A stretch of 64,000 bases of DNA from the human T2T-CHM13v2.0 reference genome, Homo sapiens (GCF_009914755.1 NC_060927.1); one strand, 5' to 3'. Shown: positions 47,231-64,000, counted from the first letter of the stretch. Program-made: numbers and translations. Notes: generated by a model from the letters alone, not told the origin.

Positions 47231-47238
47231 TAAAAATA

Positions 47239-47473
47239 CAGATTGAGTATCCCTTTGCCAAAATGCTTGGAACCAGAAGTGTTTTAGATTTCAGATTCTT
47301 CTGGAATTAAGAATATTTGCATTATACTTGCGGATTGAACATCCCAGGTTTGAAATTCTGAAATCCAAAATACTTCAATGAGTATTTCCTTTCAACACCA
47401 TGCCAGTGCTCAAAAGTTTTGGATTTTGGAGCATTTTGGGTTTTGAATTTTCAGATTTGGGGTACTCAGCTTG
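47239..47473. mobile_element. Tigger4a/MER46-like TcMar MITE
   Basis: TIRs CAGATTGAGTATCCCT ... GGGGTACTCAGCTTG; internal AAAATGCTTGGAACCAGAAGTG and GATTTTGGAGCATTT. Confidence 0.85.
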
Positions 47474-47475
47474 TG

Positions 47476-47551
47476 ATTATGTTGCGTAAAGGCTATTCAG
47501 TTTGATATTAATCAGACAATATCAAACTGAATAGCCTTTACCCAACATAAT
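47476..47551. repeat. Near-perfect inverted repeat (34-bp arms, 8-nt loop)
   Basis: ATTATGTTGCGTAAAGGCTATTCAGTTTGATATT / AATCAGAC / AATATCAAACTGAATAGCCTTTACCCAACATAAT; 33 of 34 pairs. Confidence 0.95.
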
Positions 47552-47583
47552 TGGGCCACAGAATTGTGGAAGTACTGGAATAG

Positions 47584-47882
<299 letters not shown>

Positions 47883-47983
47883 ATCTCTTGAATCCTAACT
47901 CCATGTTGAGCTTTTAAAGGGTTTTCTTATTCCTTGTGCCAAAAATGCCTTTTCTACCCTTCCAACAGAACAAACCCCTATTA

Positions 47984-48547
<564 letters not shown>

Positions 48548-49811
48548 TTAGCTTAGGCACGGCTCAGTCCTCCCTGCCTACCATGCATGCAGTTTGTAGC
48601 CTGTGTGTTTCCTGTTTTCATTTCCTATCTTGCTATTACTTTTATGCATTGGCTTATCACAGCCCACTCACTCTAAGGCCATCTTGCCATCCCATGACAT
48701 GGTCACTGAAGGCCCAGCTGTCACTGTTTATTCACTTGGTGTGTACATGACTGTTTGGACCCGTTTCCTAGTAACGGCCCTGTTAATTTCAATGAGAAAG
48801 GCTAATGGGGTGCCTTTTTCAGGGGCTGGGGGGAGGGATGATGTGCTCCCTTTAGCCCCTCTGTGTCTTTGGTCCTTGACCTCACTGTTTCCTGGGGGAT
48901 TCTTATACAGAGGCTCTTGGCTTCTTCTCTCAATACCACACATTCCTAATTATTTGTGCTACTTCTTGAGTAATCTTGAGGTCTGCTTTGGATTACTTAT
49001 CAAAAGTGGCTGATAAAATTTGAGCTGTCGTTTCCCAGATGTGTGTGTTAGTGCTTCGTAGAGAATTTCTTCTTTGTACTCAAGTTGATTTAAGTCTAGA
49101 ATCTGACTTTTAATTGTGGACCAAGCAAAACCCCCTTGCCTCTCTAGGGATTATTTAGAATTAATAAAATCAAGTACTTTTTCACACGAGCCTGAAGGAA
49201 TTGTTAACTGAAGGAACTTTTATGTGATACAGTTTGTTCTGAAAATTAGGTATTTAAGGACTTTGTCAATTATGGTTAAGCACATTTTTTATTAAAAAGA
49301 ACAAGATATGTAGCTAAGTGGCTGTGTCCGGGCTGAGATGTTTCTTCTCACTCGATCCTACAGTGAAGTCAAAATATAGTGACAGATTCAGTTTCCATAG
49401 CTGCAGAATCTGTTTTCAAAAACACAAGGCTGTGATTTCACTGTAGTTCAGTGCACATTGAGAAGCTAATATGGAAATAGAAATGAAACTTTTCAAAATA
49501 CATGCCTTAAAACAAAAACTTCCAGTTCCCCTTTAGTGCTTAGATGAGATTTTTTTTTTTTTCAGGCTTTGTAAGTTTTGCAGATTAATTTCAGAAGTTG
49601 ACGGCAATGTGATCCTGGTGGACTGTCATTCTGTAGTGTTAGTCAGGAAGCCCCTCACACACTTTCTTCTCATTTCCTAATGCGACAGTTGGTTCAGTGA
49701 ATATCCATTGTGCTTTATAGGTTGATATTGATATGTTTGTAATTGGCCTATCACGTAGTTTTTTTTTCTTTTTTGGCAATCAGCTTTTTCCATGTGAATT
49801 TTCAAAAAATG

Positions 49812-50414
49812 TATTTATTTATTTAGAAGCAGGATCTTATGGCCAGGCGCAGTGGGTCACTCCTGTAATCCCAGCACTTTGAGAGGCCGAGGCGGGCAGA
49901 TCATCTGAGGTCAGGAGTTCGAGACCAGCCTTGCCAACATGGTGAAACTCCGTCTCTACAGAAGTACAAAAATTAGCCGGGCGTGATGGTGGGTGCCTGT
50001 AATGGGAGGCTGAGGCGGAAGATCCCTTGAACCTGGGAGGCGGAGGTTGCAGTGAGCCAAGATCATAATCACTGCACTCCAGCATGGGCAAGAGAGCGAG
50101 ACTCTGTCTAAAAAAAAAAAAGAAGAAACAGGATCTTACTCTGCCACCCAGGCTGGAGAGCAGCAGTGGTGTGATCATAGCTCACTGCAGCCTTGAACTC
50201 CTAGGCTCAAGCGATCCTTCTACTTTAGCCTTTCAAGTAGCTGGGACTACAGGTGTGCCACCACGTCCAGCTAACTTTTTTTCTTTTTTAATCTTTTGTA
50301 GAGACTGAGTTTCACTATGTTGCCCAGGCTGGTCTCGAACTTTTGGCCTTAAATGATCCTTCAGCCTTGGTCTCCCGAAGCACTGTGATTACAGGCATGC
50401 CACTGCATGTGGTC
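49812..50414 (-). mobile_element. AluJ split near its 3' end by an opposite-strand Alu
   Basis: (TATT)n tail at 49812-49824; body resumes at 50124. Confidence 0.88.
49841..50123 (+). mobile_element. Alu (AluS-like) nested in AluJ
   Basis: Dimer lacking CCCAGCTACTC; TSD AGAA.CAGGATCTTA at 49825-49839 and 50124-50138. Confidence 0.93.
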
Positions 50415-50714
50415 CATTAGCTGTAGTTAAGAGAAAAGAGTTGGGTTGGTTATTTTCAGTGCCTTGGGCATAAAGAGTGAATCATTAAGTTCATTTTGCA
50501 CTCTTTGAGTTTTACCGTGTTCCAGGCACTGAGGACACAACAGTGAACTAAAGCAGGTAGAAGTGAGTCTTTAAGGAATGAAATATAATTCGTCTCTACT
50601 TGAAATTTGCACATAGTCTGTTTGTAGGACAATACCTATTGAAATAGGGTCTCCATTTCGCCAACAAGTTAACCCTTACTACTTATGGGAAATTACCTCA
50701 GTGGTAACTGTAGA

Positions 50715-50900
50715 GCAGTCATTTATTGAACATTAACTGTATGCTTAGAGTGCATTTTTCTTTACATTATTGTATTAGCTCGTTTAATCCTTGTAACAGC
50801 TTCCCATTTTATAGATGAGAAAACTGAGGGTTGTAGGGGTTAACTGATTTTAACTTGGCCAACATCATACAGTGACCTATTCTGACTGTGTCTTTCTGTC
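50715..50900 (-). mobile_element. MIR
   Basis: CATTTATTGAAC...TTTAATCCT...CCCATTTTATAGATGAGAAAACTGAGG. Confidence 0.8.
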
Positions 50901-51006
50901 CCTACAGGATTTGAACTTATAGTGGAAGTACTTTAGGAAATGCATTTGTGTCTGTGTAGTCATGGTTAGGAAATGTGCTCATGTCAGGCTGTTTAAAAGT
51001 TGTGGA

Positions 51007-51300
51007 GGCTAGGCATGGTGGCTCATGTCTGTAATCCCAGCACTTTGGAAGCTGAGGTGGGTGCATTACTTGAGCACAGGAGTTTGAACAACATAGTGAG
51101 ACCCTGACTGTGTATATACACACACACACACAATTAGCTGGGCGTGGTGGTGCATGCCTGTAGTCTCAGCTACAGGTGGGAGGATTGCTTTAGCCCGGGA
51201 GGTCAAGGCTGCAGTGAGACTTGCTTGTGTCACTTTACTCCAGCCTGGGTGACACGGCAAGACCCTGTCTCAAAAAAAAAAAAAAAAAGAAAAAAGAAAA
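51007..51300 (+). mobile_element. AluJ with linker turned into a TG/CA microsatellite
   Basis: Dimer with small deletions; TSD AAAAGTT.TGG. Confidence 0.9.
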
Positions 51301-51791
51301 GTTATGGTTGGGTCGGATGGTGCAGTGGTGCTAAGCTCACTTAGCTGTCAACAGGGGAGGGCTGGGTTTGTCATGTTGGAGGTCAGACAAGTACCTAATA
51401 AGGAGGTAACTGAGGACTGTTGGATGTATTTCTCTGGGTGGGGATGGTCTGCCTGTGAAGATGAAATTCTATTGGAAATATTCTTTAATTATATTTTTAC
51501 ATGTCTCACTTTTATTTAAATAGGGATACTATATTCTGTACTTTGTTTTGTGACCTGCAATTTTCCCACTTAATCTATCTCTAGAGCGTCTTTTCTTGGC
51601 CACCGTGTGATTCTCTGCAGTGTTACTGGAAATGGCGTTGTGGTGAAAAATGTGCAGACATGATATATGGGAGGACCATGCCTTATTTAATCAAAATCAG
51701 TATTATTAGACATTTTCATTTTCCAATTTTTAACAGTTATATAACTGCTGAGGAAAGTTACATCTTTGTATGCAGTTATGATTTTTCTTAG

Positions 51792-52107
<316 letters not shown>

Positions 52108-52174
52108 TGGAATTGCTTTTGATTCATGTTCCTGGGTGTGAGTGAGCTTGTTACCTGCACCCTTGTCAGCAGCA

Positions 52175-52280
52175 ATAGTTATTATAATAATTATGAATAA
52201 TAATAATAATTATTATAATTATAATAATTATGAATAATAATTATAATTATATTAATTATAAATAATTAATATAATTAATT
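52175..52280. repeat. AT-rich (AAT/ATT)n tract
   Basis: Near-pure A/T; ATTATAATAATTATGAATAATAAT at 52181 and 52218. Confidence 0.9.
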
Positions 52281-52385
52281 GCCAGTTTGACAGATAACAT
52301 GATAGTATCTCATACTTGTTTTATTTTTCATTTCTTTGATCACTAGTGACATTTTTTTTCCTGAAAACTTTTATTACTGAATTTT

Positions 52386-52689
<304 letters not shown>

Positions 52690-52879
52690 TGAATTGTCTT
52701 TAATAAAGATACAGAAGGTGTGGCACAGTAGCTTGTGCCTGCTGGTTCTTTTTATGTCCCAACTGTTTGTTCTGATAAATTTTAAATCTGTAAGTGGTGA
52801 AATAAGAATACAGTGAAGTACATTGATGTTTATATTATGCATTTATTAGCATGTTTGCCAGGAGCTATTGTAATAAACA

Positions 52880-53090
52880 GCCTTGGGTTCAACACCAGCT
52901 TCACCTGTTGGTTCTTAGGCCTGTGGGCAAGTTATCTCCAGCCCTAGTTTCCCCATTGGTGACTTGAGGAGGGTGATGTTGTGGGCCTCATGGGCTGCTG
53001 TGAGTTTTTGGACAAATAACTCCTTGGGGTAATGCACCCAGGCCTGGCTAAGCACACAGTCACTTTGCAGTAAGTGGCAGCCAATATTGC
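52880..53090 (+). mobile_element. MIR
   Basis: TGGGTTCAACACCAGCTTCACC...TGGGCAAGTTA...CCTAGTTTCCCCAT...CCTCATGGGCTGCTGTGAG. Confidence 0.65.
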
Positions 53091-53267
53091 TCTTTTCCTT
53101 GTTGGAGTCATGATTTTTTAAAAGCCAAGTTCCTCCTACGGAGTGAGTGCAGTGAAAGCCAGGACCTAAGGAGGAATCACAAACAGAACTGTTCTCTTCC
53201 TCTCCTACCCATGTCCCATATTCCCGGACCTCTTTCTCACTCTAGTTATTTTGTTAACTTTATCCTA

Positions 53268-53786
<519 letters not shown>

Positions 53787-54299
53787 CTAACCCTTCTCAG
53801 GCAAAGTTTTCCTCTTCAAAGCAATAGCTTTTCAGCCTGGAGTCTCAGATTTCCAACAGGGATTTGGGATGAGATTACCACTCCTACCACCCTTCCTGGC
53901 TTTGGCCAGCCTCCAGAATTCCTCCTGGTGTCCTGAGAATGTGGAGAGAACCCTGCTTCAGGTTCTGATTTTCTGATTGGACGTTACAGTGGGGCATGTA
54001 ATATCCTGCTGGGATGCCTCTCTGAGAACTGCCTCCATCCTGCCAGCTGCCTGTCAGGCTGGCGTCGTGCCCCTTGGCTGGCAGTATTAAGCGTCCGGAG
54101 GCCACTATGTACCCAAAACAGCAAGCCCGTTGGCCTGGTTTGCTGGAGAAGCCCCTTTGCAGAGCAATGTCCTGTGGTCACCATTCCTACACTGGCCTGG
54201 GAGTGCTGTCTCTCTCGGGAGTCGCCAGCCAAGTTTTGAATGTCTGACTCAGCTTTTTGGGTCTTTCAGGTGGTGCATCTTCACTGGACCTGGGCCAGC

Positions 54300-54720
54300 T
54301 GGTCTCACTGAACTTGCTTTGTGCCGGAAAGCTCTGCTCGTAAAGGTTCCATTGTAAACGAAGGAGGAGGCCAGCTGTACGCAGGCTCTGCAGCTCAGCC
54401 TCTTAGCCTGGTTTCCTGTGGCAGGAGAGGGAGCTATTTATGGCATTTTATAAATCTGCTGCCATCAGCCAGGGAGAGATGCAGACCGTTATGTAAGGCT
54501 GTCAGTGTGCAGCTTTTTTTTTTTTTTTTCCTCTTTTTCTTCCTCATTTTGGGAGACAGGCGTGAGCTTACAGAAGGCAGCGTGGTTTGGGATTTCTTTT
54601 CTCTCAGTTGCAGCAGAATTATTTTTGGAAACGGGGATTTGGTCACATGACAGCAGTTTTCATTCATGAGATGTGGATCGATTAAATGGATTTCTCTTTA
54701 CTTCATAGGTGTTTACTGAG
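54300..54720. promoter_or_regulatory. Candidate intronic enhancer
   Basis: Repeat-free stretch with clustered MEF2-like, D-box, MEIS, E-box, CUX-like and FOX motifs; motif evidence only. Confidence 0.35.
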
Positions 54721-55389
54721 GGCAGTGCATGTGTTGGGGTGTTTGCTTCTGTCCTAAACAAGGTTTAGAGAAGAGAGAGGGCTGGATTCTGGAACTAAAT
54801 TGGGTCAGAGTTATTTTTCTCCAGTTGCCTTGAGTTGTGGAATTTTTCTTTGAGTGACCGTTGATTTATTATTTGGGGGGATTCCCTTTTTCCAGGGCCA
54901 GAGAAAGGTTTAGCCTTAAAAGTGGCATTTATTTTGTGTTTATCTGTGTGCATATGTGTGTTTGTGTGTTCGTGGGCCTGAGTGTATATGAAATGAGAGC
55001 AAGAGAGGACAGACACGCATGACAGCATGCACGTGCAGCCCCCAGTCCACATACAAGTCTGCCCTGAAGTCATTCGAGCAGAATCTGTAACAGGGGCTGC
55101 CTGGGGCCCCTAGCTGTTCTGGCTTGTGCTGTTCAGGAGGCCCTGGGGGCTCTCCCAGGAGTTCACAAGAGGCTCTGGCAGTTGTCCTTGACCCTTTGTC
55201 ATCTCCTTCCCTGCGCCTTTGGTTACCCTGACACTGCTCCGACTTTCTGACTATAGTTGCTGCTGTCGGCTCGTCTAAATCTTTCTTATTCTGTGGGTGG
55301 TCACACACACCGTCTTCCAAGATGCTGCTTCCCTTCACAGCATAGTGTAGCAGTAGTTGCAGTTTTCCAGTGATCAGAAATGCTTCCCA

Positions 55390-55570
55390 GTCCTACATCT
55401 ACAATTATTTGAGATAAACTTTGATTAAGTCACTTAATCTTTGCCCAAGCCTTTTCCCCAACCCCTGCCTCACAAAATGGGGATGATTCTACGAAGCTCT
55501 AGCATATGATTATTGTACGGGCAGGACCTGTGGCCTAGGGCATGTGAAAGCCCATTGTGAGGTGTATAGC
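55390..55570 (+). mobile_element. MIR (degenerate)
   Basis: AAGTCACTTAATCT...AAAATGGGGATGAT...CATGTGAAAG. Confidence 0.5.
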
Positions 55571-57103
55571 ATGAGGGTCCTGTGAGGCGGATAACGGCTT
55601 CTTGACAGCCTTGCTTTTTTGCTCACCTGGCATTGTTGCTGTAAACCTGCAACTCATCTCCTCATCTCCCACCTGTTCAACTTTTACATGATATTTTCCA
55701 CTGCGCAGCCACTTGTCCAGTTATTTAAGGAGCTGACCCGGACTGATGGGCGTGCCAGAAAGGTCAAATGAGGTAGGAGAGTGGTAAGATGAAAGACGGG
55801 AGGAACAGACCTCTTTGCATGGTTGCCTGTCAGCTGCCCCCAACCCAACTTGACCCCGGAGTTCAGACCCCATCATTGTCCTAGCTGGAGTATGCATATT
55901 TCATATATGGACTTGAGCAGTCTCAGCGAGTCTTTGCTTTGAGTTCCTTTGCCCCTATTACGACAAGAGGGTTGTTTTAAGAGAGAGTGGACAGATGTAG
56001 GAGAATGGTCAGTGGTCAAGGATCACATGGAATGTCCGATTCTCCACTGGACCATGAGCTCCTTTAAGAGCAGTGTTACTTAGAGCCATCATAGGGCAAG
56101 CAGTGTCTTTGGATCCATTCAAAGCTAGACTCGCATCCTAGGCAATGTTTAGTCTTTGTGTTTCCTCTCTTGTAAAAAGTGGGTGCTGATATTACTTTAT
56201 AGGTTGTAAGCCTTAAACAGGGTCATGCATGTTAATTACTGAGCATAGTGCCAGACCACTGGCCTGTTTTACAATTACAAGAGTGCTGGGGCTGTCGACG
56301 CTTTAAAAGAGCACATGTTGGTCTCATCACCTTCTACGCAGGCATCAGTTTGCTCAGAAAAGAAGCTGTAAAATGGCAAGAAAAAGAATTGCCCTGGCTA
56401 GAGAACAGGGAGACTGTAGGGCTGGTTGCAGCTTAAGCAAGGCCCTTCATGAGCGAGCTGGCCACAGATGAGAGACAAGGTCTTGGAGTGCCCACCCTGA
56501 TTCCAAGTGACTGTCTGCAAGTTAGCTAGCTTTCTAGGGTGATTGTTCCTCAGATAGAAACAAAATGTTGAAAACATGCCTTCATTTAATGTTCAGCAGC
56601 AAAATGCTTATGATCCCAAGGGTGAGTCTCAGACTAGTTTTTTTTTTTTTTTTCCCAACTTTTATTTAGGTTCAGGTAGTACATGTATAGGTTTATTACA
56701 TGGGTAAATGGCCTGTCACAGGGGATTGGTGTACAGATAATTTCATCAACTAGGTAATTAGCACTGTACCTAATGGAATGGGTAGTTTTTCAATCCTCAC
56801 CCTCCTCCTACGCTCCACCTTCAAGTAGGCCCCATCGTCTGGTGTCTGTTGTTCCCTTCTTTGCGTCCATGTGTATTCAGTGTTTAACTTCCACTTACAA
56901 ATAAGGAAATGTGGTATTTGGTTTTCTGTTCCTGCATTAAATCACTTAGGATAATGGCCTTCAGCTCCATCTATGTTGCTGCAAAGGACATTATTTTGTT
57001 CTTTTTTTATGGCTGCGTAGCATTCTGTGGTATATGTCCACATTTTCTTTGACCAGTCCACCACTGATAGCCATCTAGGTTGATTCCATGTCTTTGCTAT
57101 TGT

Positions 57104-57376
<273 letters not shown>

Positions 57377-57706
57377 CTATTGTGAAGAGTGCTGCGATGA
57401 AGATACATGTGCTTATGTGTTTATGGTAGAATGATTTCTATTCCTTTGGGTATATGCCCAGTAATGGGATTGTTGCGTTGAATGGTAGTTCTATTTTAAA
57501 TTCTTTGATAAATCTCCAGACTGCTTTCCACTGAGGCTGACCTAATTTATAATACATTTCTACCAGCAGTGGATAAGCATACCGTTTTCTCCTCAAGCTC
57601 ACCAGCATCCATTACTTTTTGACTTTTTAATAGCCATTCTGACTAGTGTGAGATGGTGTTTTATTGTGGTTTTGCTTTGCATTTCTCTGATGATTAGTGA
57701 TGTTGA

Positions 57707-58097
<391 letters not shown>

Positions 58098-58171
58098 TCC
58101 TTTGCGCATTTTTAAACGTTTTTGTTTCTTGTAAATTTGTTTAAGTTCCTCATAGATTTGGGATATTAGAC

Positions 58172-58502
<331 letters not shown>

Positions 58503-59171
58503 TAGTTTGCAAAAATTTTCTCCCATTCTGTGGGCTCTCTGTTTATTGATAGTTTCTTTTGCTGTGCAGAAGCTCTTTAGTTTAATTAGATCCCACTTAC
58601 CAATTTTTGTTTTTTGTTGTAATTGGTTTTAGAGTCTTTGTCATGAAATCTTTGCCAGGGCTCATGTCTAGAATGGCATTTTCTAGGTTTTCTTCTTAAA
58701 TTTTTATAGTTTTAGCTTTTACATTTTATTCTTTAGTCCATCTTGAGTTGATTTTTTTATGTGGCAGAAGGAAGGGGTCTAGTTCCAATCTTCTGTATAT
58801 GGATAGCCAGTTATCCCAGCACCATTTATTGAATAGGGAGTCCTTTCCCTATTGCTTGTTATTGTTGGCTTTGTGAAAGATCAGATGGTTGTAGATGTGC
58901 AGCTTTACTTCTGGGCTCTGTAACCTGTTCCATTGATTTATGTGTTTGCTTTTATACCAGTACCATGCTGTTTCAGTTACTGTAGCCTTGTAGTATAGTT
59001 TGAAATCAGGTAAGTGTGATCCTTCTAGCTTTGTTCTTTTTGCTTATAATTGCTTTGGCTATTTGGGCTTTTTGTTGTTTTTGTTGTTCCAAATGAATTT
59101 TAGAATAGTTTTTTTCTAATTATGTGAAGAATATCCTTGGGAGTTTTACAGGAATAACATTGAATCTGTAA

Positions 59172-59539
<368 letters not shown>

Positions 59540-59959
59540 TGTTTTTCCATTTGTTTGTGTCATCTCTGATTTCTTTCAGCAATGTTTCATAATTCTCATT
59601 GTAGAGATCTTTCACCTCCCTGGTTAGCTGTATTCCTAGGTATTTTGTTCTTTTTGTGGCTATTGTGAATGGGACTGAGTTCTTAATTTGGCTTTCAACT
59701 TGGACATTATTGGCGTATAGAAATGATACTGATTTTTGTACATTGATTTTGTGTCCTGAAACTTTACTGAGAGTATTTGTCAGAACTAGGAGCCTTTGGA
59801 CAGAGACTGTGGGGTGTTCTAAGTATAGAATGATATTGTCTGTGAAGAGAGAGAGCGTCTCAGACTTTTATCCAGTTTCAGACCTACCATCCCAGGCCTG
59901 GCAGCCACCCACTTTCGTTGTGTCTACTTCTTCCGCAGCTTGACAAGTGGGTGGTGGCA

Positions 59960-60080
59960 CCACGTTTTGTAGACGAAAGAAATTTCAGAACTTGGCCAGA
60001 GGCTGCTGTCAGTAGGTAATGGTTGAGGTGGGACTAAATCCAGGCCTGTCTGGTATGTTAGATCTAAATCTGACCTTCTG
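59960..60080 (-). mobile_element. MIR fragment
   Basis: TTTTGTAGACGAAAGAAATTTCAG...GGGACTAAATCCAGGCCTGTCTGG. Confidence 0.5.
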
Positions 60081-60189
60081 GGGCAAAGGGTCTGAGTGGC
60101 TGTGAGGTGACTCTGGTTTGCCTTCCCACTAAGCTGGGGTAACATGGGGGCTCCAGAGACAGTTTATGCCTTCAGAATCAAAGGCCCCT

Positions 60190-61166
<977 letters not shown>

Positions 61167-61427
61167 ATCCCGGAGAACAATTAGTCCCTTTTTGAAAACT
61201 TTTGCCATACTTGGACCTGCTTGTTTAGAATTGCTGAGTAAAATCCCTTGGTATATCAGATGCCTCTGCCCAGAAAGAGGAAACCTTGAAAGCTCAGGTA
61301 CCTGGCTGGCCATGGAGGGGATCACCCAGGACTAGCTTCTCCTTGTCACCTTTTGGGCTTCAACCTGGTGCTCTGGTTCTCATTTTCTCCTTACAATCTC
61401 TGAGTTTGTCGTGAAGGAAGCTCCTTC

Positions 61428-61733
61428 TTTTTTTTTTTTTTTTTTTTTGTTTTGAGATAGAGTCTTGCTGTCTTGCCCAGGCTGGAGTACAATGGTGCAG
61501 TCTCAGCTTACTGCAACCTCTGCCTTCGGGTTCAAGCAATTCTCCTGCCTCAACCTCCCGAGTAGCTGGGACTACAGGCGCTCACCACCATGCCTGGCAA
61601 TTTTTTTGTATCTTTAGTAGAGATGGGGTTTTGCCATGTAGGTCAGGCTGGTCTCAAACTCCTGACCTCAGGTGATCCGCCCTCCTCGGCCTCCTAAAGT
61701 GCTAGGATTACAGGCGTGAGCCACTGCGCCCTG
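61428..61733 (-). mobile_element. Alu (AluSx-like)
   Basis: Dimer; TSD GGAAGCTCCTT. Confidence 0.94.
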
Positions 61734-62778
61734 CTGGAAGCTCCTTTTTTTTTGTTGTTTTTTTAACCCCTTGCAAAATCAGTGATTTATTGTTTACAAA
61801 GGGCAGCTCTGTCTGCTCGTGATCTCCTACTGGAAGTTACCTGTGTGTGGGTGAGAATAGTTTCACAATCATTGCACCAGGGAGTGGAGAAGGACTTACC
61901 AGGGTGCACAAATCCTTCTGCATTTCCACCTGCCCTCTTTTGTACTTCCTGGAGTGGTATAGCTGGAAGGCAGTGTGTTGAAGGTTGCTCGATCCCTTCC
62001 TTGTCCAGATGAGGGGTCTGAGGCCCAGGGACATAACACAGTTTCCTCAGTGTCACACAGCTTTGAGTTTTAGTTAAGGTTCTGAGTCACAAAAATGACA
62101 TCGGTTGAGGGTAGCGGGGAGAAAATATTAGGAACTTGCACACGTGTATTTTGTCAGCAAATTTGAGTTCAGTAGCAAACTGGCATAACGTTGAACAACC
62201 GTGCGTTAAGTACTCTTGACAAACTGGGGGCCGGAATTGTTGATCATTGAGTTGAGAAGAGTGGGGCAGGGGACCTGGGCCACCCACCCCAGGCTCAGCT
62301 TCCATGTATACTTTATCCTACTACTATTCCTGGCACCTCTTTTGCTGAAAAATTGACCTGGTTGCAGAATTTCTCACTCCTCTGCTAAGAAAAATCCTGC
62401 CTTCCTGCAGCTCTCTAGGCAGAATTCAGTAAACTAAACAGAGGCGCTTTCATCTCTCAGGGCCATGCCATCCACTCTCACTTTTCTTAAGCCTTGTTTG
62501 TTTCCTCTGCCTGAAAGAAGCCTTTTGCCTGGTGTGCCAGGGTTTGCTGGAGCCAGAGAACATCCAGGGCAGTGGATGCTTTGTTCCTGAGCCCCTGTGA
62601 AACCTCAGAAATGCCTGTTTACATTAGAGTGAAGTTAGGCTGGCACCTTGGGGAAAGATTGTCACCTTTGCCCTACAAATTCCTGGGTGTCCCCAGAGGG
62701 CACATGCTGTGACTCATTCTTCAAGCTAGAAAGTGGGTGGAGGCCTTACAAACCAGCTTTTGAGTAGTCTGTAAATGA

Positions 62779-63130
<352 letters not shown>

Positions 63131-63399
63131 ACTGTGAGCCACATTTGATGTATATTGGTCTGTGTTGAAAATGAAGTAAGGTTAAACTCGAGCCAGCCTA
63201 GAGAGCCCATGGGCTGTGGTCTGCATACTTGGAACACTTAGGAGTCCCTCAGGTGGTTTTCATTGATTTCTGTTAGTCCTCAAGGTTAGCAGTGTGAAAT
63301 TTGGGAGTTTAGACCCTTTGGTTCCAGTATAAATGATAGAACCTGGGCTTTAAAGCTTCAGGGGATCCTCAGAGTCATTTGCACCAAACCCCTTCTTTC

Positions 63400-63540
63400 A
63401 TTTGTTGTTATTTATTCTACAGACATTTACTTAGTACCTAATATGTGCCAACACTGGTCCATGCTTTCAAGGAGCACACAATTTTTTGGGGGAGATCAGC
63501 CCTGGACAAATGGTGGTCAATGGACAATGCATGAAGCTTG
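63400..63540 (-). mobile_element. L2 3' end fragment
   Basis: ATTTATTCTACAGACATTTACTTAGTACCTAATATGTGCCA...TCAAGGAGCACACA. Confidence 0.6.
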
Positions 63541-64000
63541 TGTCTGAGATAGAGAGGCATTCCCCAAAATGTACTCCATGAAACAAATGCCATGTAGATA
63601 GGTATGTGGAGAAAGGATCCATAGTAAAGTAGGTTTGGAAATGCTGGCATATGAATACTATAGTAGAACCAAGAAAGGTGCCAGATTCTGAGAATCTGGA
63701 AATTATAATGTTAATGACAGTAATTATTTTGAGAATCTAATTTGTACTAGACACAGAGGTAAGTGCCTTATATGGATAAGTGCCTTACATTTTACAGAAT
63801 TCAGTAGTTTGGATGTGCCATAATTTATAACTGTTTTTCTACGAATAGAAATTTGGTTGTTTTCCACTTGAATTTACTGGGTGAAAGCTTAGTTTTGTCA
63901 TTTCAAGAGGGGCCTCTCAGGCTTCTGAATAGCTTTGCCAGTTGCTGTACATGTAAAATGTTCTTTGGATTTCAGAACTGTGGCTTGTGTTTCCCTTTTG

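Noticed and set aside
47476-47551. MADE1/miR-548-type palindromic MITE, or a named miRNA
   Set aside because: Arms do not resemble the Hsmar1 TIR (TTAGGTTGGTGCAAAAGT..), and I cannot match it to a named miRNA from memory, so no ncRNA call is made.

Overview
This is primate (most likely human) non-coding genomic DNA, very repeat-dense. It holds about 60 Alu elements or fragments (AluJ/S/Y, many with readable target-site duplications), several old L1 pieces all on the - strand, L2 and MIR relics, MaLR LTRs (MST, MLT1) and DNA-transposon MITEs (MER5A, MER58, Tigger4a-like). I find no convincing protein-coding exon, tRNA, rRNA, CpG island or CRISPR array; the supplied ORFs are Alu/L1/low-complexity read-throughs or chance ORFs. 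Antisense-only L1s and + strand G-runs suggest a long intron of a gene transcribed on the + strand, but I cannot name the gene. I see no evidence of a novel multi-gene system. The items most worth follow-up are a near-perfect 76-nt hairpin at 47476-47551, a tiny LTR-like retroposon inside an L1 (22230-22313), a shortened Alu with a non-Alu 3' end (46131-46334), several nested or inverted Alu structures, and a few candidate splice and enhancer elements. Subfamily names and old-repeat boundaries are by eye and approximate.
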